From: Chlorokybus atmophyticus
Taxonomy: Eukaryota > Plantae > Mesostigma and Chlorokybus algae
Assembly (NCBI GenBank): GCA_009103225.1
Contig: RHPI01000671.1
Coordinates: forward strand, 189,531-253,530
DNA length: 64,000 nt
Direction: 5' to 3'
Within the stretch, counting starts at the first letter, position 1, and every line of letters starts with the position of its first letter. The notes under the pieces were generated by a model. That model was given only the letters and a program-made list of their open reading frames with translations. It was not told the origin of the DNA and ran no database searches. The position numbers and the translations under genes are program-made. Shown piece after piece: positions 26,236-38,292 of the stretch.

Positions 26236-27181
26236 TGAGCTACGTGGTAGTGTGAATTGTGAGTGGTATGATTGTGGGATGGTGATAATCGCTGTGCATG
26301 AGCATATGCCGCGTGCATGGTATGTACTTTTGTAATAACATACTACACACAATAACACTCCTTGCCAACGTGGCTAATCCGCTGAAGTTGGAACCCCAGG
26401 CACCTTAGCTTTGTGCACATAGCCTGCAAGCACCGTTTTCCGCATGGTTCACACTATCGCTTCTATTAGCTGTTGCTCGACAATTACCATTCACATGGTG
26501 TCCGGCTGATTGCCCCGAACGAGTGACGCGCTGCTGTGAAACATGCAACGCATCACTCAATTCTTCTAGCCAATCATTTGATACTGGTCGAGTTCCAAAT
26601 GCTCTTATTGGGCGCAATGCGTCGGTAATGCTTGAGAGTAGCGATTGCAGATGTTACATAGTTGAACTTGCAAACTGTGGCAACAAGGGTGTGCAAAATT
26701 TACCGTCAGAAACTGACACCCAAACACACCTCTATGATCACAGCATACAACGTTGAATAACCGCCAAACTCGCCTCCAATAAGACACACAGCAAAGTGCC
26801 TATGGCAGCACATCAACCTTCTTGATCGACGTTCTTCATCTGCGGAGGGCATGCAAAATCTCCTGCAAACAGGATCGCATATACAAAGCTCCACCTGGCC
26901 ACCATGAAGGCATCCTGTTGTCTTGACCTGCCAACACGAATGCAGTGCCGTGTCCTGTCAACTGCTAACAACCAGACACAAAACACAACCTGGGCAAGAC
27001 ATGCTCGAGAGAAGCCACAGATGCCAACCCATGAACCTGCAACCTGCGCTACAGCTCGACAACTACGTCAGAGGTAACTGCCAGAACCCCACATGCTGCC
27101 CACACCACTCCAATAACATCCCAACCATAACACGTAACAGGCACAAGCAACAAGCTCCACCTGCTCAAGACAGCGTGTCGT

Positions 27182-28500
27182 CTAGTGGCCAGTGGGCTGT
27201 CCTGGAGGGGGAGGTCCTGGTGGAGGAGGCGGGGCACCTGGAGCAGCACCTGGAGCCGCAGGAGGTGGTAGGCCACCTTGAGCAGGAGCCTGCGCCACTG
27301 CTTCTCGTTCTCGGTTCCACTGCTCGATCTTCCTACGCCTTTCCTCACTGCCAGCACGGTCATGGCGATCGCGGCCACCATGACCATCACGCTCGCGCTC
27401 CCGACCGCGCCCTTCCCTCTCTCTGTCTCTGTCTCGGGGGCCGCCGCGATGGACCGGGCTTCGGCTGCGCTCGCGGCGAACCCTGTGCGCGTCTCTGTCT
27501 CTGTCATCGCGCCCTCTACGCGGCGGCGGACTGCGGCTGCGCGCCACAGGCTTCTCAGGGCTGGGACTCCGGCTTTGGCTGCCATCCTTGCGATACCGCC
27601 CAAACAGTTTCTTGCGCAATTCACGGCTGATCCGCTTCAGATGCATGAAGTTGCAGTAACCGCCGCGATGGCATGTGTTCTCCTCGTACTGGCGGCATGT
27701 GGCCTCGCGAAAGTCTGTCACAGGCGAGAAGTCCACGATGATGGGGCGACCAGCATAAAACCTTCCTGTTAGCGCTTGTAGCGCTGCTCCTGCGGCCTCC
27801 TCCTCTCTAAACTTCACGTACACATTGCCCACCATGTGGTCTGCAAGGTTGTCACATACATTCAAGTTTTCAATCTCGCCAAATCTGCTGAGCTCCTCAA
27901 AGATATCCTCATAAAAGTCCTCAAAATGCTCTTGCACCTGGGCACAATAGCAACGTGCTGTTAGCTGTACAGTTGTAGGTGAACATTGCGAAATGTAACC
28001 ACACGAAGCACAACTGCAGAGGGTGTGCATAAGCTTACCTTTTTCATGTCCACCTGCTGTACAGGGTTTCCAGTTGCGTCAAAGCCCTGCTGCACTCCCG
28101 CGTCCAAGCTCTGGTACAAATTGGCGAGCAGCACCGTCTGGCTCATCGTGGGCTTGTTGTGAATGCGGGAGCACCGATCTCCATGACGACAAGCACCCAT
28201 CTTGAAATAAAAAGGACAGTTGACACGGTCCTTTTCCGTCCCTGCGAAGCGCAACAGTCAGCAAGCATACACAACATTGTTGATGGACGAACTAGGGTTG
28301 GAGTAGAGCTGCACATAGCACAGGCGACCGCACAAACTGCAACGCTCCGGATGCTTGCTCCCTGACGCACATCGCAACCATGCAGAGACACAGGCTGCTA
28401 CTACAAGCATTTCTCAACCCCTTTCAACCCAAGCGCAAGCTTCGCATGCAACACAAGGAGCACTTCGCTTACCGAAAATAGACGCCAAATGTTCCGCCAT
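27182..28500 (-). CDS. U2AF1: Splicing factor U2AF small subunit (U2AF35); exons 28500-28473, 28241-28039, 27937-27182; 328 aa
   Basis: [10 protein letters not shown]|[30 protein letters not shown] (CCCH1), [22 protein letters not shown] (CCCH2) and an RS/RD-rich tail. Exon phases are consistent. Confidence 0.97.
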
Positions 28501-28747
28501 GGTTACAGGCCTCTTGCAGACAAATTTTTAAGGAAAATTTCACAAAAAGCGTCAAGGTGCGCCCGCAGCGCCCACGGCCAACACCTCCAACCGGCTCCGC
28601 AACGCCGCCGCCGCCGTCCCAGCGGGCTAGGGTTTGGCTGATACGGAAGTTGAACTGCTAGGAATCTGCTAGGGAACGAACATGCCGGAAGCTCCAGCAC
28701 GTTCGCTAACGTTGGTGGTAATTTTCATGAAGCTTCGTGGTCCGTTA

Positions 28748-29271
28748 CCGTATTTACCCCATAAGAGTTCCCCCCTCTTTATACAGTTCCCTCCTTGATT
28801 AAGCAGGGGCGAACTCTATACCGGGGGGAACATTATTCCAGCAGCGGAACTGTATCGTCTAGCAGGCGGCTGCCGATACTGTCGTTAAAAACGTGAATAC
28901 TGTGCCGTATCTGATTACGGCAGATACCGGCGGCCGAGACTGTAGATTCCCGCGACAACCACGGGCCAGACTGCAAAGTGCCGCCGATTGCATCATGTAC
29001 ATGCATCATGTACATATATATATACCGCTATATGATACATTTATTACTTATAACATATTCACTATTTTACATTACACTGTTATATATATACTATACACTA
29101 TGTATACACCCATACATACACTCTTTAATAGTATATATCATGTATACATATATACTGTTCCCTCCAAAGGGAACATGAAAAGGGGGGGAAACTCCATCAT
29201 GCAATAATTCCCCCCGTGTTTTAACGAGGGGGAACTGTATAAAGGGGGGAATTCTAATGGGTTAAATACGG
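28748..29271. mobile_element. pogo/Tc1-mariner-type MITE
   Basis: ~50-bp imperfect TIRs CCGTATTTACCCCATAAGAGTTCCCCCCTCTTTATACAGTTCCC / GGGGGAACTGTATAAAGGGGGGAATTCTAATGGGTTAAATACGG. TA on the left flank, TG on the right. Confidence 0.75.
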
Positions 29272-29291
29272 TGAATGATACAAGTGCGCAC

Positions 29292-29880
29292 CCGTATTTA
29301 CCCGTATAGAAGCCCCTCCNNNNNNNNNNNNNNNNNNNNNNNNNNNNNNNNNNNNNNNNNNNNNNNNNNNNNNNNNNNNNNNNNNNNNNNNNNNNNNNNN
29401 NNNNNNNNNNNNNNNNNNNNNNNNNNNNNNNNNNNNNNNNNNNNNNNNNNNNNNNNNNNNNNNNNNNNNNNNNNNNNNNNNNNNNNNNNNNNNNNNNNNN
29501 NNNNNNNNNNNNNNNNNNNNNNNNNNNNNNNNNNNNNNNNNNNNNNNNNNNNNNNNNNNNNNNNNNNNNNNNNNNNNNNNNNNNNNNNNNNNNNNNNNNN
29601 NNNNNNNNNNNNNNNNNNNNNNNNNNNNNNNNNNNNNNNNNNNNNNNNNNNNNNNNNNNNNNNNNNNNNNNNNNNNNNNNNNNNNNNNNNNNNNNNNGGG
29701 AAGGGCGGTGTGGTGGCGGAGAAGAGCCCCCCCCCCGACAAGAACCGCTGGCAAAAAAGGGTGGAGGGCTTGTGTAATAAATCCCATTTGCGGGCAAATA
29801 TAGGCTCTACAAGCCCTCCTCCCGACACAAAAGGGTAGGAGGCTTATATAATAAACAAGGGCTTCTCCAAGTAAATACAG
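29292..29880. mobile_element. Second pogo-type MITE spanning an assembly gap
   Basis: Left end CCGTATTTACCCGTATAGAAGCCC and right end GGGCTTCTCCAAGTAAATACAG are imperfect inverted repeats. The interior is mostly N. Confidence 0.55.
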
Positions 29881-31735
29881 TGGGTAAGACATGAGGTATT
29901 AATAGAGTGCAGTGTCACAATTGTGCTACTACTCGTATTGAGTTCTTTGTTGCAGCCCACTTACATTTTTGCAGCTTTCGTAATATCTTTCAATCGTCAA
30001 ATAGGTTTATTTATCACATTAAATATAAAACCATAAATGATGCAGCAAAACGTGTTCTGACAAAATGTTTATATAGTCATTGTTGCATTACATAATGTAC
30101 TTAACAATAACAAAATAATTAGTACGTGATTATGTATTATGGTATAATACATTATGATAGGTAACTTAACAATATGATACATCATGAGTAATATCATACC
30201 GATATTGTAACTGTTTAATATATTGTCACCTTGTAAAATAATAAATTTTAGGTCAAGTACATACAACCTGCGACTTATTTTTCTTATAAAAAGCGTACAA
30301 TTGCAATGTACTCGCCTGTTTGTTTATGATTATTGTGTCACCAATATTAATAAATGTCAAATGCTTTCACGACGTTACCTTTAATAAAATGGGAGACCCA
30401 TTGCACGCACCGAAAGTTTGCGTCTTGTTCCCACTATATAGGTTGTGCAACATCTAGCGAGCTCCATGCACTTAAAACATGCATATCAACCACGGGTCAA
30501 TTGGCATGTAGACGCGTGGTAGAATTGTCCGCCATGTAGAGGCTGTCGAGGTGTGCATGCCTGTAGATGTGCTTCTACAATGGCGCATGCAATGCGTTTG
30601 TTCTTTCGGCTTTGTTGTCATCGGTTGTTTTGAAGAAGCGAGGTTTTCAAGTCATCAATGCACGCACCGCCAACGAGCTCCTGCCTGACAACAGGCACCC
30701 TTGCGCCATCATGCATGCTGTCAATCACTGAGGGCGCACTCACACGCGCGCATGCACGACTCACTCGCAGCGTCGGCGGTGGTGGTAAGCATAGCGGCGG
30801 GGCCGTCAGAGTAGCGGATGGCATACGCGCAGACCATCCGATCAGCACCGTGCGCTGAGAGCTCTCAGCGCACAGTGCTTGAAGCAGCTGCGTATGACAT
30901 GAACACACTGGCCTGCTTGTGCAATGCACTGTATGCTCCTACTGTATGCTCCTATTTCTGCTTGGTGCATGCTATGTAGTGACTACACAGTGCATCCATG
31001 CGTTGCTCCAGCCAATGATCTTGTCAATGCGCCGTCAGCGCAGCTCGACTGGGATTTGCGGGCGGCGGGGCGTGGTGGCGCGGTGGGGAGTCTGGCCTGG
31101 GACAGGCTCTGCTGTGTACGCTGTCTCCGGCCTGGTCACCAGGCAGGACGGTCCTGTGTGCATGAGTGTGTGGAAGTCGCCAGCTTGCAGGAGGGACGGG
31201 TTGTCGCAGGAGCAGACGTAAGCAGTAGTCTACAGAAGCAGCGCGGTCGTCGCCGCCAAGCGGCTGATTTGGTCGCCCGGTTGCGACTGAGGTAAGTTGT
31301 GACGACCACCAGGCCAGTATGACCGTCTGCATGTGTGCTGTTAGCAAGCGTAGAGCTTAAGCAATTGTCTTCAGTCAGAGTGTTATTCAACCCCCTTGAT
31401 ATGATTGCGAGCTGTCAAGTGCGTTGCTTAGGATGTGACACGCTTGGCAGTGATAGCTTCACAGTGGTTGTCAATCCCAACGTGACACAGCTTTCTCTTG
31501 GACACGCACGTTCAAGGTTAGCTTAAAGGTTACAAATAGGCAAGTATCTTTGTAGAGGCTGCTGTGGCTAGGGGTGCGTTGGGAAGGTGATTTCAACTCT
31601 GCTGAGCTGTGCCAACGTGTGCAGTTGATACTCAAGCGTGGTTCCTCTTAGTTTCCAATAAAGCTGAAGACACGTTGAGGCGGGCTTGTGGTCGCCGTGT
31701 GCTGGTTTGGCTCTTCCAGCGGCGAAGCAGCGGAG

Positions 31736-33645
31736 ATGGCACCCAACTTGAATGTTCCGGACCTGAGGCCTGCTAGTGACGGTGCTCAGGCCATCGCCTC
31801 ACCGCCTTCCGGCAGTTGGCGACGTGCGTACGTGACGCTGTTGACGGGGGAGGATTACCTGCCCGGAGTGTTGGCGCTGAAGCGCAGCCTCACGCAGACG
31901 CGCAGCCTTTACCCTCTGCTTTGCATGATCACGCCGGGTGTCACTGCAGAAACTCGCCACCAGATGGAAGAGGCTGGTGTAGGGGTGGGTGGCTTACGTT
32001 GTTGTCGTTACTTAATGCGTGCGTTTGTATGAACGCATGCTTTCATGCGAGCATAGCAAGCACCCCTGTGCATGGCTTCACTATTGGTAGCTGCAGGTGT
32101 TAGAGGTGCAGCAGTTCATTCCTGTGCCTAAGGAGGACCTCGCACGCCTGAACTACAAAGTGGCAAGCTTTCTGGACTGCTGGTACGCAGCTTGTCCTAG
32201 TAATGGTCGTACACATACAGGCGCTCCTGGCAAGACAGTCACTGCTTTCCTGTTGACAGGCTCAAGCTGCGATTATGGGAGATGGAGAAGTATGAGACAG
32301 TTGTGTACATAGATGCGGACATGATCACGGTTCAAAACACCGACGACCTCTTTGACATACCATTCCCAGATGGTAAGCCAGGGTTGTGCGCTAATGGTAA
32401 GCCAGGGTTGTGCGCTGTTGCAGTGCTGGTCAGTTGCATGCCTTGAAGTTCACAGTGCATGCTTGGCAGATGGCTTGCTGGCAACTCTGGACTGCTGGTG
32501 TGGCCGTCCCGTTGACGGGGACCGCTGCCCCTTCTTGTGCAGCAAGGCGCCAGCTGCTACCAGCGGCACCATCATGGACCCAATAGCGTACAGCAAGAAA
32601 GGCGGTGCGCACATCAACGGCAAAAGAGCCAACGGTTACTTCAACGCTGGGTTGATGGTGCTCAAGCCCGGTCGTGCTACCTTTGAGGTGTGAACAGTGT
32701 ACCTGCAGCAAAGCAGTCCTCAACCTCTATACTGCATATGCCAAAAGTATAAAAGACGTACTCACTTACTGTGTAGCCATTTTGCACTGCTGACTCTCTG
32801 CTGCCAACCTTCACAGGATATGGTGCAGAACCTGTCGAACGGATACGACTTCACCAAACACAAGTTTGCTGAGCAGGCAAGGAGTTGTTGAGTTGGTTGA
32901 TTTGGTTGCATGCGGTGTGGTGAAGACAGATAGTTGTGCGCTGCCTGTCAAAGGAGCAAACTGAACAAGTCGTGGCCGTTGGTCTAGTGAGCTTTGTGTC
33001 TGGATTATGCCAGTGTGCTTGGCAGGCATTGAAACCCATCCTGGCTGGCGTACTACGCCAAGGCATGATGCATTGCTGCATTGCTGATGATGCACTCTTT
33101 GAAAGATGACCGCTAGCTTGCATGCCGTCGTTGGCTTGTCTGACAAGGAACCTTGTTGCTAGACACCGATATCACTTTGGTGCTTGCAGGACTTCTTAAA
33201 TGAGTACTACGCCAATCGCTGGGCAGCGCTGCCATACACGTACAATGGAATGAAGCTGCTGCCGCACTTCCACAAGGACATGTGGTCGACACCCGACCTC
33301 AAAGTCATCCACTATGTTGGCTTCAAGCCCTGGAAGTTGCCTCAGGCAAGCAGCAGGCCTCATTTTGTTGTTGCTACGCTTGATAGGTGTTGTGAAAGCA
33401 ACATGCTAGAGACTTGTGCACTTGAGTAACTTGAGAATATGCATGCATTCCAGGTGCTGGCATTGAACCCGCGCCATCAATCTGCCTCAGACTACCACCT
33501 CGCCCTGGCGTCCCTTCTCACCAACGAGAAGAGCACCAACGATATGATGAACGCTATCAAGCACGCTGAGCTTGACGGCATCGTCACCAAGCTGCTGCTG
33601 CAGTTGTACGTGCGCTGGTGGGCCACCATGGCTGGCGCGGTGTGA
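31736..33645 (+). CDS. Glycosyltransferase family 8, galactinol synthase/glycogenin-like (7 exons)
   Basis: AYVTLLTGEDYLPGVLAL, KLRLWEMEKYETVVYIDADM (DxD), LLATLDCWC, YFNAGLMVLKP, FAEQ|DFLN, IHYVGFKPW. TGA at 33643-33645. Confidence 0.9.
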
Positions 33646-34425
33646 ACACGTGCGTGTATGCCACTACGAGCCGCGAGCAGCACCTAGTGTACCTGCTTTG
33701 ATGACGTCGGTTTGCAGGTGCTGACTTGTTACGTTGTTACGCTGCTGCTCAATATCAGAGGTTAGGAGAAGCATACTATGTACGTAATACAGGCCACAAG
33801 GGACAAGTATGTTGGTTTTGTTTTGCAGCAAGCGTGCAGCAGTGACAGACAGGTAGGCCACAGTTGAGTTTGGTGTGTTTGTAGTAGACGCTGAGTTTTA
33901 CGTTGTGGCATTGCTGCACACACTGGTGAAGCTACGGCAAGACAATATGCAACAAACACTCGCTCTCTCTTGTGACTGCTAGTACTGATATTGTGGCAAC
34001 CGAAAGCAATGCTTGCTCATTGCTGCATGCGAGTTGGCCAACCTGCCATTTGTCTTACAGTGCAGCCGGCACTATTGGAGCGAGTTGGTGCTCCCTGCTG
34101 GGCCATCAAGGCTTCATGGGTAACGAGTTGCTGCTGTATCTAGAATTCTGTAACTGTAACTGCTGCTTAAAAGTGGTTCGACATGCTTGTGAACTGTTTT
34201 GAATCTGCTGCCCGGGGCAGTGGCGTCACTCTTCTTGCAGACAATCAGCATAGTACTGCCGTAGCTATCCAGCACACTTCCCTGGTACTGCGTGCAGGTG
34301 CGTGCACGAGAGGCAGCTCTGCAGTATATGCAAGTGAACAGAAAATGCGCGACACGTATGCACATGCACGACACATGCAATGGACCCAGCATGATGTCAA
34401 CATGCTGTTCACACTTTTCATGTAG

Positions 34426-34984
34426 ACCACCGGGCTACTACTTCTTACTTACCTCACCATTTACTCTACTACCCACACCCCGTTAGCCATAGCAGTCAGT
34501 ACATGCATGTAGTACCTGCCCACATGGGCCGTGGTCAGCGGTTGATAGTTGCCCACAACGTCAACATGAGCAGCAGCGACGACAACTCCCTCGCCCTCTC
34601 CTCCCCCTCCGCCTCCCTGCGCTTCTGCCGCTTGCTCCGCTGCTTGCGGTCTTGTGCTGCGTCAACCCTCACGCACTGTCCACGTCCGCAGCGCTGTGCG
34701 TGCAGTGCTGGTGGCACTGGGCTTGTGCCATTCATGTTTGCTCTTGTGCAGTGCATGTTCTGGTTCGGTTGGGTTCGGTTGCGTTGGGTTGGGATGGGTG
34801 GTGTGCATAACATTATCGCTGGCATTCTGAGACGTCGTCCCTGACTGCCAAACAGAACACGCTACCATGTACGAGTGTACTGCATGGGGTGCAGTACAGC
34901 GAGAATCGCTTCCTACTGCGTCAGTCACACCTCGCTGGCCACCGTTGGTGACCCACAGCACACATGTATAGGTAGCCCGGTGGT
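34426..34984. mobile_element. MITE-like element with 13-bp perfect TIR ACCACCGGGCTAC / GTAGCCCGGTGGT
   Basis: TIRs at 34426-34438 and 34972-34984. The interior is homologous to 15060-15417 and 35730-36000. No exact TSD. Confidence 0.65.
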
Positions 34985-35729
34985 GTAACAAGTTGTTGTT
35001 TGCTGGCGTGTGCGAGTGCGCTTGTGTTTGCATGTGTCATGCATGTGCACAATGCAATGGGGTCACATGCATAGCATTGCATATACGCTACACATCCACA
35101 TGTGGCACACTGTGGGCTCAGCATGCACAGTACGCTGCCGCCACTGACTGAAACAGAGAAAACCCCTCTGCATGTCACATGTTCATGTCCATGGCCTGTG
35201 CATTGACCGTCACTGGGTCCGACACTGATGTGTGGGTGCTGTGAGCGTAGGTATACTTTGTCTGCAGCGCCCTCGCGGCTTTCATCGTGCATTATGGTTA
35301 TGACCAAGCTGGCTTGTCCGCTCGTTCAAAGTGGCGCTGTGCTGGAACCCATGTACATTGGCCTGATGTAATGCTGCTTGCATTTCAAGGCAAGCTGCAA
35401 CATGCAAGCTGCGGCCTCTGCCTGCCTCATGCTTGCATGTGTGTGATAGAGCATAGGGTTCCGGCCAACCCATTGCTCGTTGCTGCTGTCCGGCCATTCC
35501 GAGCATGCACGATGTCATAGGAATCATCTGCAGCGACCGTGACATACAAGCACAAGCCTTGCGGCGCTCTGATCAAGACTGCAGTCCGCATAATGTGCTA
35601 TACAACGCCCGCACCACATGCAGTGGACCCCGCCAGGTCAGTCACGCCGAACAGCAGGAACAAACATGAACACATGCTTGTTGCATACATCGCTTGTACT
35701 GCTGTACACATTCTGTACACACACCCAAC

Positions 35730-36000
35730 CCCACCACCCAACCCCACCGCCTAGGCCTGACTGCCAGCAACTGGGGACCCCTGCGCACTGCAGTGCTGAC
35801 GTGGGCACTGAGCCGCAAGGGTTGCGTCGCCAGGGAGCGCAGCAGCAGAGGGCGGGAGACAGAGGAGAGGGAGGGGGAAGGGCGGTGTGGTGGCGGAGAA
35901 GAGAGAGGCGGGCGCAGAGGGGGGAGTCCTGCTGGTCTGTTGTCGTTGCCACTGCTGCCGCGTTGTACAAAACTGACTGCAACCGCACTACAGGCAGGTA
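35730..36000 (+). repeat. Internal fragment of the same repeat family, downstream of the HOZ-like stop codon
   Basis: CCCAACCCCACCACCCAACCCC, GCTGACGTGGGCA, purine block and GGCAGGTAC are shared with the other copies; the terminus is absent. Confidence 0.55.
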
Positions 36001-36016
36001 CCGATGCCACGCACAT

Positions 36017-37956
36017 TCACTTCGATTGTTCCTCGCCCTTCGACACTGCTGCGCTGGCTTCTCTCACCATCTCCACCATGATTTGCTTGACCTCGCTGCG
36101 CGGAACAAAGGAATGCAAGGAGTAACACTTAGCAACACCACACCACAACAGGCAGGCCACTGCAGTAAGACAACCAGCTACTGACCCGCGAGTCTCAGCC
36201 GGGCGGATGAAGGGAACGCGCACTTGCCACTCCTGGCCGTCTTTCTTCGCCTGCACGGAATCATCAACATCACATGCGTGTACATCACAACATTGACCAA
36301 TCGATCCATCTGTAGACAGTTGGACAACTGTGCATACCATAACCTCCATGCCCAGATAGTCAATGTCCTTTAGCCTGGCAGAGTCCACCTGCCCCGACAA
36401 CAGTAGATATGTTACACTCATTGCACAGACATCAAGTGCGTATGGTGTACAAGATGAACAGACATTACATAAGCAGCAAATACATGTAGATTGTGCTGAA
36501 GTGCGCTTACCTCCTCTCCAAGATAGTGCCGCACATAAGCTGCAATGCTGTCCCCGTGATCCGCGTTCATGTGGCCCTACCACAGGCGAGTCAGACACGA
36601 TGAAGCAGCAAACATACCACAACATGCCAGCAACTTACCATGATAGGTGCAGCGAAAGGAGCGATCGGATCTGGCCTGGCTTCAAAATAATCCTTACTGG
36701 ACAGCACTGCACAAGAATGCAGTGGCAGGTTAAGGTTCTAAACAAACTTGTGTAGGACAAGTAGGGCCGACAGGCACACTGCAACAATGGCACATGCAAT
36801 ATTGTAGCATGCGTTAACAATGGCACACTGCAATAGAAATGACAACTTACCCTGAAACCGTGCAAAGCCCCCGTTGTAGAACGCGCCAACCACTTGGTCC
36901 AAACGCCAGAGCCCAAAGTCCCCAAAGTTGACCTAAAATTCATAGAAATGAGATAAGGAAAGGAGGGTACGGGGATAGCTACATGCATGCATGCATGCAT
37001 ACCCAAAATGCATCAGGATGTTTGGTAAGGAATGTCTCTTTGCACGCGGCTTCTTCCTCAGCTTTGACCTGCGGCACCAGTATGGAATGCGTGGGTGCTA
37101 TGGTAAGGATACGCATTAAAGATTATGAAAAGCGGCTGTGGTATCGCATACCCACCTTTCGCACAGAGCCAATGAGCGTCACGCGTGCATCTGCCATGCC
37201 TTGAAAGCCGTTTGCCATGACCGTCACACTGCACCGCGGGTCCACAACAATGTCCTGCCAGCAACTGTTGCAGTACTGTATTGCCCTTGTAATGGCACGC
37301 ACGCTGTACTGCAGCATGTAGTCACCTTCCAATGCTGCGAAATGCTGCTGAAAGCAAAGATCGGGCGGCCCTCATCATCCGTCGCATATGACACAACGCT
37401 TCCCGACGGGTGCCCTTCAAACAACTGCAGCAAGCTTTTCAACTTCTTTTTCATGTTGGAACAACAGGTAGCACTGTTCTGGAGTGATGACATGCGTGTA
37501 CCTTTGAGTGCGTAGAGAACACTGCCAACTTCTGTATGTTTACGAGCGTGCGTGCGGCTTCAGCTGCTGACGGCCTCGCCGCCGGCGCCTTTGCGTCTGC
37601 ACCCGTTGCAGAGGAAGAAGGCGAAGAAGCCATCGCCCTCACGGATGAACCCGCAATTGCCCTGTATTGAAAGTTTCATGATTGTTGTTCCCGACATTAA
37701 GAATCGTCAACACAACACCATGCATGTCACCAATATTGCATGTCACACGAGCAAGATGTACAAGCTGACAACATCTGTACCAGCTTCTGCGGCGCAGGGA
37801 GTGTGTAGTAGGTTGTGGCTGTGCTGTTGGGTGTGTGATGGGCTTGTGGGTGCGTTGAGAGAGCGAAACCCTTATTGCTGAGGGGCGAGGCAGCTGGCGA
37901 AGGTGCTGGTGCAAGCCCACAACAGCTACAGCCGCTGGTGAGTGCACCCCGAGCAT
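36017..37956 (-). CDS. HugZ/HOZ (GluTR-binding-protein family) PNPOx-like + DUF2470 protein, probably plastid-targeted
   Basis: Spliced RPSAAEAARTLV, GHPSGSVVSYATDDEGRPIFAFSSISQH, DPRCSVTV, DARVTLIG, HPDAFW|VNFGDF, IDYLGMEV and VRVPFIRPAE. S/R/T-rich transit-like N-terminus; start tentative. Confidence 0.85.
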
Positions 37957-38292
37957 TGTTATTGTATCGATCCTGAGACAGCAACAAACGGGTGATAGTG
38001 GCGAGATGATAGACAGGGCGAGCGAAAGAAAGGCAGACGTGACCACATCAAAGGCGTAAGCTACAGCTATATATGCAGTACAAGGGTGGGCATGCAAAGT
38101 TTTACCCAGCCCAGAAAGAAACTGCGTTATACACAGACTTGGCTCGCAGCGAAGATTAGAGTTTGCTTAATATCAACACTTACAATCCCAAATACTTACT
38201 ATTCAACCATACCACCGCAAAGCATCAAGTAAGCCTGCGTGCACGCACATGCTGAGCTGCGCCCGACAGCTCGTAAACTCAGCGTAACTGTC

